Source: Patescibacteria group bacterium (GTDB taxonomy: Bacteria; Patescibacteriota; Saccharimonadia; UBA4664). From it: a stretch of DNA of 64,000 nucleotides. The translations under genes were made by a program, and so were the position numbers. Below the pieces are notes generated by a model, which was given only the letters and a program-made list of their open reading frames with translations, was not told the DNA's origin and did not search any database. Below are positions 38,677-49,917 of the stretch, piece by piece. The stretch spans positions 30,500 to 94,499 of the forward strand of contig JAQGHG010000003.1 in assembly GCA_028288925.1 (NCBI GenBank). The letters are read 5' to 3'. Within the stretch, counting starts at the first letter, position 1. Each line of letters begins with the position of its first letter.

Positions 38677-39990
38677 ATGAAAGAGGATACCTATGAGCTC
38701 CTAACGGCTCCCGAGATCGAAGACCGGCTTGGTTCCAAATACTTCTACCGTCAAAAGATCTACCGGTTAGCCGAAGCCGGTCGCGTCCGCAAGTACGCCT
38801 TCCGCGATCAAACCTGCTTTCTGACTTCCGATATCGTCAAAGCCTTTCTCGAGGATCTAGAACAGGCCATCCATAGCCAGCACCCTGATATCGACATGAG
38901 TATGGTACAAGTCATGTACGAGCCCGTAACACGCCGGATAGTGGTGGACGGGTTATTTGGCAAAGGAATCTCCGCCGACACCTCCCGTGAAACCCAAGAA
39001 GACACCCTGCGTAAAATCGCCACCATTAAGGAATGGGAGGCTGATTCGGTTGTTGGAGCCGTTTCGACACAATCAGATCAAGGAGCTGTAACACCCTCTC
39101 TGGATGTCTCCGGTTCGCTCCCGGAAGAGCTGATGTACATCAAAGTCGAAACCGGAGTCGTGGAGGGGGTTGAGGTAAAAAGCTTCATTCTCATTAGCCT
39201 GCCGAGCCTGGCTCAATTCATCGGCGTAAGAACCGATAACTTCAGCCGGTGGATAGCGGGCTCCACATTTAGCGGCTTCATATTAAGCGCCAACGTTCGG
39301 CATCTGAACGGTCCTCAACATAGCGGACCGTGGAAAAAAGGCTTAGAACAGGGGTATGTTCCGCTCCTACCCATGGAGCTGATTCCGGAAGTGCTCATCG
39401 CCGTGAAGCAAGCAAACTTCAAGCCCCAGTTCCCCCAAAAAGCTGAAGTGCTCTATGAACTCGCCAAAACCGCCCTCGAAGCCGTCGGTTTGGGGATCAG
39501 CGGCAACAAACAACAAGCCGCCGAGGCTCTAGCCAAGGTCGGTGAGGGCCTGGGGCTCCAGGAAGCCGACCAAATCATCGCGCTGCTTCGTCAGTACGCC
39601 AACCGGGATTTTCAGGTTCAAACTCACAAAGGCTTTGTCCATAAAGTCAGAAGCACCGGCGGGGATTACCTCATAACCACCGGCACCATCACCGTCGGCG
39701 TTACGGGCAAAAATGCCGCCACTTGGATGAAAATTGGCCAAAAAGAAGGTCTAAAGTCACGCGAACGCCAATCCGCCCGCGAGGTTATGCGGCACGTAGC
39801 GCCGGCCGACAGCGTAGGCATGACCTTCGCCGAAGGCCACTATACTAAGAACCCTGACACTACCGAAGCCATCAAGACCGGTAGACAGGGCAAAAGTTTC
39901 TACCGGCGCCTTAAGGAAGTAGGGCTGCTCGAAGAACCCCGCGATGAAGACAAGCCGGTTACCCTAGAAGTAAGAGGAAAGGTACGGTAA
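38677..39990 (+). CDS. Putative DNA-binding protein (HTH-like N-terminus; phage antirepressor/DinD-like C-terminal half)
   Basis: LLTAPEI..YRLAEAGRV HTH-like start. The C-terminal similarity is judged by eye only. Confidence 0.55.
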   Translation: MKEDTYELLTAPEIEDRLGSKYFYRQKIYRLAEAGRVRKYAFRDQTCFLTSDIVKAFLEDLEQAIHSQHPDIDMSMVQVMYEPVTRRIVVDGLFGKGISADTSRETQEDTLRKIATIKEWEADSVVGAVSTQSDQGAVTPSLDVSGSLPEELMYIKVETGVVEGVEVKSFILISLPSLAQFIGVRTDNFSRWIAGSTFSGFILSANVRHLNGPQHSGPWKKGLEQGYVPLLPMELIPEVLIAVKQANFKPQFPQKAEVLYELAKTALEAVGLGISGNKQQAAEALAKVGEGLGLQEADQIIALLRQYANRDFQVQTHKGFVHKVRSTGGDYLITTGTITVGVTGKNAATWMKIGQKEGLKSRERQSAREVMRHVAPADSVGMTFAEGHYTKNPDTTEAIKTGRQGKSFYRRLKEVGLLEEPRDEDKPVTLEVRGKVR

Positions 39991-39995
39991 CCCCC

Positions 39996-41156
39996 ATGAC
40001 AAACGCACAATCCCACCCCGACCCTATCGAAGCCCACCGCCGGCTCGGTGGCAAGATCGCTGTCCAGGCTAAGGCCGAGCTCACCGCCGAAGCCCTGGCC
40101 GCGCTGTATACGCCCGGTGTCGGCCAGGCCTCCTCGTACCTGGCCGAGCACCCCGAGGCTGCCCGCGAGCTCACCATCAAGCGCAACAGCTTGGCCGTCA
40201 TCTCCGACGGCTCGGCCGTGCTCGGCCTCGGCAACATCGGCCCTTACGGCGCGCTGCCCGTGATGGAAGGCAAGGCCATGCTCTTCAAGCAGCTCGCCGA
40301 TATCGACGCTTGGCCGCTCGTGCTCGATACCCAAGACACCGAGGGCATCATCGCGGCCGTCAAGGCCGTAGCGCCGGTGTTCGGCGCCATCAACCTGGAA
40401 GACATCGCCGCGCCCGCCTGCTACGAGATCGAGGAGCGCCTCCAGGAAGCCTTGGACATCCCCGTAATGCACGACGACCAACATGCCACCGCCATCATCG
40501 CGCTGGCCGGGCTCATAAATGCTTTCAAGGTGGTAGGCAAGGACCTCCGCGCCGCCCGCGTCGTCATCGTCGGCGCCGGGGCGGCCGGCAGCGCCCTGCT
40601 ACGGTTACTGCTGGATTACGGTCTGAGCGACGTCGTGCTCACCGACTCCAGGGGCATCGTCGAGCCTTCGCGCACCAATCTTGATCCCTACAAGCAGCAG
40701 TGGGCCCGGCTCGGCAACCCCCGTCACCTCACCGGCGATGCCGGCGTAGCGCTGCGAGGCGCCGATGCCGTGGTGGCCGTCTCGGTGCCCGGCGCCGTCA
40801 CGGCCGCGCAGGTCAAAACCATGGCCAAGGACCCGGTGGTTTTCGCGCTGGCCAACCCCACACCCGAAATCATGCCCGAAGACGCCAAAGCGGCCGGCGC
40901 CGCCGTCATCGCCACCGGCCGTTCCGACTTCCCCAATCAGATCAACAACGTACTCGTGTTTCCGGGCATATTCCGCGGCATGCTCGATTCGGGCGTGCGC
41001 GAAGTCACCCCGGCCATCAAACTCCGGGCGGCCCAAGCCCTGGCCGGTCTCGTGCCACATCCTACGGCCGGGCGCATCGTGCCCTCGGCCCTCGATCGCG
41101 AAGTCGCTCTAGCAGTCGCCGCCGCCGTCCAGGAAGTCACCGGGGCTAAGGCTTAG
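39996..41156 (+). CDS. NAD(P)-dependent malic enzyme
   Basis: YTPGV, DGSAVLGLGNIG, PVMEGK, INLEDI, HDDQH, GAGAAG and ANPTPEI motifs. Confidence 0.95.
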   Translation: MTNAQSHPDPIEAHRRLGGKIAVQAKAELTAEALAALYTPGVGQASSYLAEHPEAARELTIKRNSLAVISDGSAVLGLGNIGPYGALPVMEGKAMLFKQLADIDAWPLVLDTQDTEGIIAAVKAVAPVFGAINLEDIAAPACYEIEERLQEALDIPVMHDDQHATAIIALAGLINAFKVVGKDLRAARVVIVGAGAAGSALLRLLLDYGLSDVVLTDSRGIVEPSRTNLDPYKQQWARLGNPRHLTGDAGVALRGADAVVAVSVPGAVTAAQVKTMAKDPVVFALANPTPEIMPEDAKAAGAAVIATGRSDFPNQINNVLVFPGIFRGMLDSGVREVTPAIKLRAAQALAGLVPHPTAGRIVPSALDREVALAVAAAVQEVTGAKA

Positions 41157-41364
41157 ACCGCCGGATCTTGCGCTCGGCGCGGCGGATCCTGTCGCGAACC
41201 TTCTCGAGGGCCCGGTGAGCCCAGGCATATTCGGTCGCCAGCACGCCCAGGCCGGCCGCGATGACCAATAGCCCCGGTCCGGGTGTCACGAGCATAATAG
41301 TCCCGACTAGGATCAGAAACCCCCCGGCGATTGATATTGCTGGTTTGCGCAAAAACTTACTCAT
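41146..41364 (-). CDS. PGPGW-family small membrane protein
   Basis: TPGPGLL...LATEYAWA motif. Confidence 0.8.
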   Translation of the reverse strand: MSKFLRKPAISIAGGFLILVGTIMLVTPGPGLLVIAAGLGVLATEYAWAHRALEKVRDRIRRAERKIRRSKP

Positions 41365-41426
41365 ACCCTTAGTCTAACCCGGTTAGGCGCTTTACAGATA
41401 ATAGCCCCGCGCGATAGTCTGTATTT

Positions 41427-41957
41427 ATGTCAAAGCGTATCCTTTTCATCGTGGCCGCCCTAATACTTGCCACCGCCGGCTTCTATGCCCGGGCTCAGAA
41501 CACCCGCGTAGCTCGCGCCCAAGCCGCCCAGATCGTCCAACAAGACAGCGCCGGCAGCGATACCTCGGCGGCCATAGCCGGCCTCAAACAGTACTTCAAG
41601 ACTCATCTCAGCACATCGGTCGGCCTTACCCTCAATGGCGCTTACACCCGAGCCCTAGCCGCCGCTCGTGCCGCGGCTAGCACCTCGGTCACCAACGCGC
41701 AAATCTACGCCGATGCCCAGCGAGCCTGCGGCGGCAAGAGCGATTCCATCACACAGGCCCGCTGCAACCAAGACTACCTTTCCAAGCATCTTGTGAATGT
41801 TCCTCCCCCCACTCCGGTAAAAGAACCCAAGCTGTCCGATTACCAATACTTTTTTAGCTCCCCGGTGTGGGCGCCCGATCTACCCGGCGCTCTCCTGTTG
41901 GGGTCCGCCGCCGCTTTCATCTTGGGAGCCGCCGGCTTTCTGCGGAGGCCGCGATAA
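41427..41957 (+). CDS. Hypothetical membrane-anchored protein
   Basis: N- and C-terminal hydrophobic segments with a paired Cys. Confidence 0.65.
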   Translation: MSKRILFIVAALILATAGFYARAQNTRVARAQAAQIVQQDSAGSDTSAAIAGLKQYFKTHLSTSVGLTLNGAYTRALAAARAAASTSVTNAQIYADAQRACGGKSDSITQARCNQDYLSKHLVNVPPPTPVKEPKLSDYQYFFSSPVWAPDLPGALLLGSAAAFILGAAGFLRRPR

Positions 41958-42568
41958 TGTCGGGTCAAGTTAACTTCTGGGAACGCTTTCGGGCGACGCT
42001 CCTCCCCACCGTCAATCAGACCCTGGGCGCGCTTGGCCTCTCGGCCGCCTTGCTGGCGCTTGCCCAGAGCCAGTCCCTTATGCACCGGCTCGGCATCAGC
42101 TCGGCCGCCATCACCACTAGCCAGATTCAGTTTCACGACCGCTTCGACGTTATCCTGCGGTCATCCATCGCCTCACACATCGCGTTGGTGACGTTTTGGG
42201 CCACTATCGGCTTGATCGCCTACCTCATTTGCTGGGGAGCCTACAATATACTCATCGAGGCCCGCAACGAGGTCACATTGGCCACCGAATACACCAACCG
42301 CGGCCACTGGCGGGGCCCTTACGAAACCCTGGCCCTCAAGGCCGCTGCCGCTACCGGATTGGCGCTCATCATTGGATCGTTGTGGTTCGGCCTGTCATTC
42401 TGGATGGCGCTCTCGGGCCGCGTCATTAGTCACCCCGACCCTTCTAGTGTTACTGGGGCCGTCATCGCCGTAGTAGGCCTGGCGCTCCAACTTTACCTCC
42501 TACTGGCCTTTGTCCAATTCACCTTCACGCCCTGGTACCGGATGCAGACATTTACAGACCTTGCGTAG
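41957..42568 (+). CDS. Hypothetical integral membrane protein
   Basis: Four hydrophobic helices; start overlaps the upstream stop (TAATG). Confidence 0.65.
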   Translation: MSGQVNFWERFRATLLPTVNQTLGALGLSAALLALAQSQSLMHRLGISSAAITTSQIQFHDRFDVILRSSIASHIALVTFWATIGLIAYLICWGAYNILIEARNEVTLATEYTNRGHWRGPYETLALKAAAATGLALIIGSLWFGLSFWMALSGRVISHPDPSSVTGAVIAVVGLALQLYLLLAFVQFTFTPWYRMQTFTDLA

Positions 42569-42661
42569 TGCGCTATGATGCCCTCGTTAACGTTAAACCG
42601 CCCCGAAGGCGGAATTGTCGTCCCGGCCGCAAGCTTGGCGATGTAAGTGGAGCCAAGTTAA

Positions 42662-42931
42662 GTGGCCAAGAAACTATTTATCGGCAACCTGCCGTACACA
42701 GCAACAAATGACAGCCTGGGTGAATTTTTCGCCGAGTTCGGTGAAGTCCTCAGCGCGGCCGTAATCATGGACCGCGCCACCGGCCGTTCCAAAGGTTTCG
42801 GTTTCGTCGAAATGACCAACGACGCCGAAGCTGACGCCGTCATCGCCCGCGCCGACGAGGCCGCTGGTCTCGAGCTCGAAGGCCGCAAGCTTACCGTCAG
42901 CGAAGCCCGTCCCAAAGCCGAAGCTCGCTAA
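42662..42931 (+). CDS. RRM RNA-binding protein
   Basis: KLFIGNL (RNP2) and KGFGFVEM (RNP1). Promoter TTTACA-17 nt-TATGAT at 42551-42579. Confidence 0.93.
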   Translation: MAKKLFIGNLPYTATNDSLGEFFAEFGEVLSAAVIMDRATGRSKGFGFVEMTNDAEADAVIARADEAAGLELEGRKLTVSEARPKAEAR

Positions 42932-42946
42932 GTCTAGCTAAAGCAC

Positions 42947-42975
42947 AAAAAAAGAGCCCTCCGGGGCTTTTTTTT
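42947..42975. terminator. Bidirectional intrinsic terminator
   Basis: A tract, gagccc-tccg-gggctt stem-loop, T tract. Confidence 0.85.
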
Positions 42976-42988
42976 GTTGGGCTAGGGC

Positions 42989-43303
42989 TTACGACCAGGT
43001 ACGTTTGTGGTTAATAGCCTCCTTCCCCCGAAAGGCCTGCTCCAGATCGATGTCATACATATTGGCGATAGCCGATGTCACCCACAAGACATCAGCCAAC
43101 TCATGCGCGATATTTCCAACATGAGAATCAGGATCGGTAGTCACACCACTCTCTTTGCGAATTGCCTTGGCTAGTTCGCCCACCTCCTCGATGAGAAGCA
43201 GACACTCCTGGGTGGGCGTCGTCCGAAACCCCCGCTCTTTGAAGTGGACGGTTGTATACTCTTGAAGATCGCGCAGCGTCGCGCCAGCCTTAATGTGAGC
43301 CAT
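42989..43303 (-). CDS. MazG-like nucleotide pyrophosphohydrolase
   Basis: EEVGELAKAIRK and HELADV motifs. Confidence 0.88.
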   Translation of the reverse strand: MAHIKAGATLRDLQEYTTVHFKERGFRTTPTQECLLLIEEVGELAKAIRKESGVTTDPDSHVGNIAHELADVLWVTSAIANMYDIDLEQAFRGKEAINHKRTWS

Positions 43304-43326
43304 GAAGCATCCCCCTTATCGTCTCT

Positions 43327-43355
43327 ATAGTAATCCGAACAATGGCCGAACACAA
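43327..43355 (-). promoter_or_regulatory. mazG-like gene promoter with candidate LexA box
   Basis: Minus strand TTGTGT-17 nt-TACTAT, overlapping TTCGG-ccattg-TTCGG at 43335-43350. Confidence 0.65.
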
Positions 43356-43412
43356 GTTTCAAAAAAAGAACCCCCAACCGGGAGTTCTTTCAGGCCGTGA
43401 GCGGGAAAGCGC

Positions 43413-43913
43413 TTACTTGCCGCTAGCCTTGTAGTCCTTGATCGCCTTGGCGACCTTGCCGTCGTCCTTCAGATTCTCCCAGAAGAGCACCTGCTGGCGG
43501 CTGACGTACATTACGTCCTCGGGACCGTGGAGTTCGCCACCAAGCTTGGCCAACGAGACCTGCGGCTGCTGCCCCGCACTCTGATCTTTGGGCTGGACCT
43601 GCTGCTGCACCTGTAGATAGTAAATGTCGGTGAGCTTGACGTAGCTATTATCAACTCTTGAGGCCTTGCCGAAGTAAACCTGGCCGTTCGTCAGGAAGAC
43701 TGCCTGGTACTGCTTAGCCTTCACGGCGCCGTCGGCCGTCATGGCGCTATAGGCCTTATTGCCAAACCAGCCCAGCGTCACGACCGACACCAAGATCAGC
43801 AAAATTGCCAGAACCTTACTTAATGGGTTGCTCGTACCGGCTTGGGCCTTTGGGGCCGCCGGAATATCGGCAAAACTATTGTCGTGCGCTTGCGCTTGTC
43901 TGCGTACATCCAT
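43413..43913 (-). CDS. Membrane-anchored hypothetical protein (possible Sm-like exterior domain), divergent from ATPase operon
   Basis: TM helix, then YQAVFLTNGQVYFGK...LTDIYYL...ELHGPED...FWENL. Confidence 0.7.
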   Translation of the reverse strand: MDVRRQAQAHDNSFADIPAAPKAQAGTSNPLSKVLAILLILVSVVTLGWFGNKAYSAMTADGAVKAKQYQAVFLTNGQVYFGKASRVDNSYVKLTDIYYLQVQQQVQPKDQSAGQQPQVSLAKLGGELHGPEDVMYVSRQQVLFWENLKDDGKVAKAIKDYKASGK

Positions 43914-44063
43914 ACGAAATTAAACTCCAACTATACTTAGCATTGGGCTTATGGTAGCAGCCGTCTTCCTCAGTGTCTACCCAATCTGGTAGTGTCATAA
44001 GCCCGTGCCACTGTTATAATCATAACCAGTATAAGAGGTGGGATAGGAAGGCGTGTTGCCGCA

Positions 44064-44882
44064 ATGAGACTTCGCAGTAAGCTCGGGTTAATGGTAGGCA
44101 TCATGTTGGCGCTGGTAGCGAGCGCGCCGGCCTGGGCGAGCTTGTCCCAGGGCTTTGCCACCACCACGCCCATCGCCTCCGGCAGTCTGGTGGCGCTCGA
44201 CGAAAAATCCAGCGGCAGCGTTGTGGTGGCGGACACCACCAATACCGGCCGCCTCTTCGGTGTCGCGGTGCCGCCGTCCTCGGCCTCAATCTCCCTGTCG
44301 GGCACCGGTGACGGCCAGATCCAGGTAGTCACGAGCGGCACCGCCAGCGTACTCGTCACCACGGCCGGCGGCGATATTAAGGTGGGTGATTACATCACCG
44401 TCTCATCGATCGCCGGCGTGGGCCAGAAAGTCGGCGAGGGGAGCAGCCGCGTCATCGGCACCGCCCAGGCCGGCTTCAATGCCTCCAGCGACGGCGCCAC
44501 CAAGCGCGGCATCGACGACGGCACCTCCAAGCGCGAGGTCGCCATCGGCCAGATTCCCGTGGTTATCTCCGTCTCCACCTACACCGCCACCGATGGCAAA
44601 CAACCCTACGCCATCCCCAACTGGCTCCAGAGCTTCTCCAACACTTTGGCCGGCAAAGCCGTTTCGCCTATTCGCGTTATCATGGCAGGTCTCATTCTGA
44701 TGGTCGCCCTCGTGAGCATAACCGTCTTGCTCTATGCCGCCGTTCGCAATAGCATTATTTCTATCGGGCGTAATCCGCTCTCGCGCGGTCCGGTGCTGCG
44801 GGGACTGCTCCAGGTCGTGGCCATCGCGGCCGGTATTCTAGCCCTCGCGACCGGTGGGATATATTTGGTGATAGCGAGGTAG
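44064..44882 (+). CDS. Signal peptide + extracellular beta-domain + C-terminal F0 c-subunit-like hairpin lacking the carboxylate
   Basis: AWA signal cleavage site, GDIKVGDYITVSSIAGVGQK motif, and a TM-GRNP-TM C-terminus. First gene of the atp-like operon. Confidence 0.65.
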   Translation: MRLRSKLGLMVGIMLALVASAPAWASLSQGFATTTPIASGSLVALDEKSSGSVVVADTTNTGRLFGVAVPPSSASISLSGTGDGQIQVVTSGTASVLVTTAGGDIKVGDYITVSSIAGVGQKVGEGSSRVIGTAQAGFNASSDGATKRGIDDGTSKREVAIGQIPVVISVSTYTATDGKQPYAIPNWLQSFSNTLAGKAVSPIRVIMAGLILMVALVSITVLLYAAVRNSIISIGRNPLSRGPVLRGLLQVVAIAAGILALATGGIYLVIAR

Positions 44883-44883
44883 T

Positions 44884-45480
44884 ATGGAAATTGGACTAAT
44901 TATTCTAGCCGGGGCCGTTGTTCTCCTCACGCTAATCGTGGTGGCGCAAAATCTTCAGTTGCAAAAAGCCCTGCGAAAGCAGCACGAATACGAAGCTAAA
45001 CCTACGTCGGTGCACGTCAGCGAGCCCACCGTAGCCCAGCTCGAAACCAGTCTCAAGGCCGCTTACGAAGCCAAGATCGAAGAAGCCACCGGCACCTTTG
45101 GCACCGACCTGCAGACCACCTCGGAGCGCCTCAGCGAGCAAGTCTCGCGCCTTACCACCACGGTCATCGAGGAAGAGCTCGAGGCCTACCAGCAGACGCT
45201 CGAAGAAGTCCGTCACGTCGCCACCCAAGCCATGGAGCAAATCCACCAGGCCGTCGAGCACCAGCGCGTCGAGCTGCGCCAGGGCATGGAAGCCGAGCTG
45301 GTCGAAGAAAAGAAGCAACTCGCCGCCAAATTCGACGCCAAGCTGGGCGACGTAGTATCGAGCTACATTTCCGAGTCCCTTGGCAGTGGCGTCGACCTGG
45401 GCGCCCAGATGCAATTCATCCTTCAGAGCCTCGAGAAGCACAAAGACGAAATTCGAAAGGACCTCATCGGTGACCTTTGA
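44884..45480 (+). CDS. F0 b-subunit-like peripheral stalk protein
   Basis: Single N-terminal TM plus a long coiled coil, located just before delta. Confidence 0.6.
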   Translation: MEIGLIILAGAVVLLTLIVVAQNLQLQKALRKQHEYEAKPTSVHVSEPTVAQLETSLKAAYEAKIEEATGTFGTDLQTTSERLSEQVSRLTTTVIEEELEAYQQTLEEVRHVATQAMEQIHQAVEHQRVELRQGMEAELVEEKKQLAAKFDAKLGDVVSSYISESLGSGVDLGAQMQFILQSLEKHKDEIRKDLIGDL

Positions 45481-45946
45481 ACTCCCCGCCGCCGTTTATA
45501 GCCCTCAGTTGCTGGAGTCAGTCGTGTACGACATCCAGTATTACCTGGATTGGATCCGTCAAAATCAGATCCGCAAAAAAGTCGGCGCCCAGCCCAAGGA
45601 AGAGCCCAACCACTCCGCCGAGACCGTGCTCGTGATCGAAGCGTGGCTAGCCGGTAAACCCGCCACGCTCGAATCTATCGAAGCTCTGCTCAAGTATCTT
45701 AAAGAGCTTGAGCTTCCCGAGGTTCACATTATGCTGGCCGCCCTACCCAACCATGCCCAGCGCGAAGTCTTCGTGACCTGGTTTCGCAACAACACCACGC
45801 CCCACCTCATGCTCTCCTTTGTGGCCGATCGCAACCTTGGCGGCGGGATCGTGGTACGCACGCCCAACCGCATCTTCGATTACACCTGGAAGCAGGAGCT
45901 GGTAGCCGGGCGCGATAAATTAGCGGGGATCGTGCGCCGTGTTTGA
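45470..45946 (+). CDS. atpH: F1 delta (OSCP)-like subunit
   Basis: C-terminal ADRNLGGGIVVR..NRIFDYT OSCP motif. GTG start overlaps the upstream gene. Confidence 0.75.
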   Translation: MTFELPAAVYSPQLLESVVYDIQYYLDWIRQNQIRKKVGAQPKEEPNHSAETVLVIEAWLAGKPATLESIEALLKYLKELELPEVHIMLAALPNHAQREVFVTWFRNNTTPHLMLSFVADRNLGGGIVVRTPNRIFDYTWKQELVAGRDKLAGIVRRV

Positions 45947-47432
45947 TAATCCCAAATTCGCCAAACTCGTCGCCGACGGCCGCCCTACCGGCGAAGTCAT
46001 CGGCATCGACCGCTTCCTCGTGACCATCCAGGGCCTCGGCGAGGTAGCTATAAATGCCCTTATTTACTTCGCCAACGGCCACCAAGGTCTCGTTCGCGAA
46101 GTCCGCGAAGACACCGTAATGGTGCTCAACATGACCGCCGAATCCATCGCCCTCGGCACCCTGGCTGTCCTGGAGGCCGAAGAACTTGTGACCGGAGTGG
46201 GGGAGAACGTCATTGGCCGTGTCTTTAGCGTTACCGGCACGCCGCTTGACGGCAAAGGCCCCATTACTTTTTCCCGCTACGATCCGGTATTCAAGGTGGC
46301 CCCCGGCATCATCGAGCGCCAAATGCTCACCGACCCGCTCACCACCGGCGTCGCCATCGCCGACCAGCTCTTTCCGCTCGTCAAAGGCCAGCGCATCGCC
46401 ATTCTGGGCGACAACAAAGTGGGGAAGTCGGCCTTCACTATGCAGCTTACCCTTGCCCAAAAAGACACCGGCCGCATTGTCATCCATGTGCTCATCGCCA
46501 AGCGCAAAGCCGATGTCGACCGCCTTATCACCAAGCTCAATGAGACCGGCGCCATCGCCTACACGGTAGTCATCGTGGCCTCGGTCTTCGACTCGCTCAC
46601 GCAGTCGTATCTGGCGCCGTACATTGGAGCTACCGTCGCCGAGTACCTCTGGCATGGCGGCAAAGATGGCATCATCATCTACGACGACCTCTCCAACCAC
46701 GCCAAGGTCTACCGCGAACTTTCGCTCTTGCTCAAAGTCAGCCCCGGCCGCGCCTCCTATCCCGGCGACATGTTCTACGCCCACTCCAGCCTGCTCGAAC
46801 GCGCCGGCCGGCTGGCCGAAAACGGCGCCACCTTGGCCGCTATTCCCGTGGTGCTCACTCCTAACAACGACATTACCGCGCCGCTCCCCACCGCCATTAT
46901 GTCCATCACCGACGGCCAGCTCATCTTCGACACGGAGGCTTTCCGCGCCGGCATTCGTCCGGCCGTGTCAGTCGGCTTGTCGGTCTCCCGCGTGGGTGGT
47001 GTGGGGCAAAATAAGCGCCAAAAACAGCTCACAGCCTCGCTCTTCAAAAAGCTGGCCGCTTACCGCCAAGCCGCCGAATTCTCACACTTCGGCTCCGAGC
47101 TCGCCCTCGAATCCAAGGCCGACCTGGAGCTCGGCAAAAAGATTTACGAAGCCGTCAAACAGCCGCCCGACACCATTTACACCGCCAACGAGCAAGACCT
47201 CATCCTGGGCACGGTCATGAAGACCGAGGGCAAAATTACCATCAACATCGACAGTCTCAAGCGCAAGGCCAAAGAAGTAGCGCCCACTATGACCGCCGAA
47301 TCCGACTGGGAGGCCGCTATTAACAAACTTCTCTCCGAAGTCACTGTCCAGGCGCCCGCCGCCCCCGCTCCGACGCCTGCCGCATCGGCCGCCCCTCCGG
47401 CGCCCGCCCAAAACGACAAATCGAAAAAATAA
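45939..47432 (+). CDS. atpA: F1 ATPase alpha subunit, divergent
   Basis: GDNKVGKS, YDDLS, PGRASYPGDMFYAHSSLLERA, SITDGQ and SVSRVGG motifs. Confidence 0.92.
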   Translation: MFDNPKFAKLVADGRPTGEVIGIDRFLVTIQGLGEVAINALIYFANGHQGLVREVREDTVMVLNMTAESIALGTLAVLEAEELVTGVGENVIGRVFSVTGTPLDGKGPITFSRYDPVFKVAPGIIERQMLTDPLTTGVAIADQLFPLVKGQRIAILGDNKVGKSAFTMQLTLAQKDTGRIVIHVLIAKRKADVDRLITKLNETGAIAYTVVIVASVFDSLTQSYLAPYIGATVAEYLWHGGKDGIIIYDDLSNHAKVYRELSLLLKVSPGRASYPGDMFYAHSSLLERAGRLAENGATLAAIPVVLTPNNDITAPLPTAIMSITDGQLIFDTEAFRAGIRPAVSVGLSVSRVGGVGQNKRQKQLTASLFKKLAAYRQAAEFSHFGSELALESKADLELGKKIYEAVKQPPDTIYTANEQDLILGTVMKTEGKITINIDSLKRKAKEVAPTMTAESDWEAAINKLLSEVTVQAPAAPAPTPAASAAPPAPAQNDKSKK

Positions 47433-47483
47433 CCGATGTATAATCATAAGTAATATCGCCAACGAGAAAAGTAAGGTCATCCT

Positions 47484-48350
47484 ATGAGCAGCAGCTCACT
47501 CGGCATTGAACAAGAAGCCAGCCAGGTCGGTACCGTCACCGAGCTTACCGGCATATTCGAATCTATCGCGTCGATGCGTATCGGCAAGATTAAAGACCGC
47601 GTCACCAGGAGCCAGACCTTCTTTGCTGAGCTCTGGAAGATCTATAGCCAGTTGCGCATCGACCCAAACGAGCGCCTCACCGGCAAAAACGGCCCCAAGC
47701 GCGACAAACCCAATGTCTTCCTGGTGCTTACCTCCGAGGGCGGTCTCTCCGGCGACATCGACGCCCGCATTGTCCGTACCGTCATGGAAAGCTTCGATCC
47801 CAAGACCACCGACCTCATCGTCATTGGCGCGCACGGTGCCACCCAATTTGTACAGCAGCACGCGCACATCAAGCGCTACTTCCGTCTGCCCGACCTCGAC
47901 CAGGCCATCGATGTTTCACCGATCGTCGATGAACTCATCGGCTACAAGCAGCCCACCGTCTGGTTCCAGCGCTACATCTCGCTCTCGGTGCAAGAGGTCG
48001 GCCGCATCGACCTGCTCGGCCGCGTGCGCTCACTCGGCACCGGCTCGGCCGGTTCCAAAGCCGACGAGGGCGAAATCATCAGCCCCCGCGAATACCTCTT
48101 CGAGCCCAGCGTCGACGACGTCGTGCGCTACCTCGAATCCGTCATGATGGAAATCGCCCTCTCGCAGGTCATCCTCGAATCCCGACTAGCTCAGTACGCC
48201 TCACGCTTCACCGCCATGTCCGCGGCCAAGAAACGCGCGCGTGAGCTGCAAATCAGCCTTGTCATGGCCTTCAACCGCGCCAAACGCGGCGAGGCCGACG
48301 ACCGCATCAAAGAAATCGTTAATGCCATGAATGCCTTAAACCCAAGTTAG
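47484..48350 (+). CDS. atpG: F1 ATPase gamma subunit
   Basis: TSEGGLSG, ASRFTAMSAAK and FNRAKR motifs. Confidence 0.9.
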   Translation: MSSSSLGIEQEASQVGTVTELTGIFESIASMRIGKIKDRVTRSQTFFAELWKIYSQLRIDPNERLTGKNGPKRDKPNVFLVLTSEGGLSGDIDARIVRTVMESFDPKTTDLIVIGAHGATQFVQQHAHIKRYFRLPDLDQAIDVSPIVDELIGYKQPTVWFQRYISLSVQEVGRIDLLGRVRSLGTGSAGSKADEGEIISPREYLFEPSVDDVVRYLESVMMEIALSQVILESRLAQYASRFTAMSAAKKRARELQISLVMAFNRAKRGEADDRIKEIVNAMNALNPS

Positions 48351-48355
48351 AATAA

Positions 48356-49852
<1,497 letters not shown>

Positions 49853-49917
49853 TGCTAGTACAGGATACAGGTAGGGAGTGGTGAATTCTCGGACCCAAAG
49901 CAGAGGGGGAGATACGC

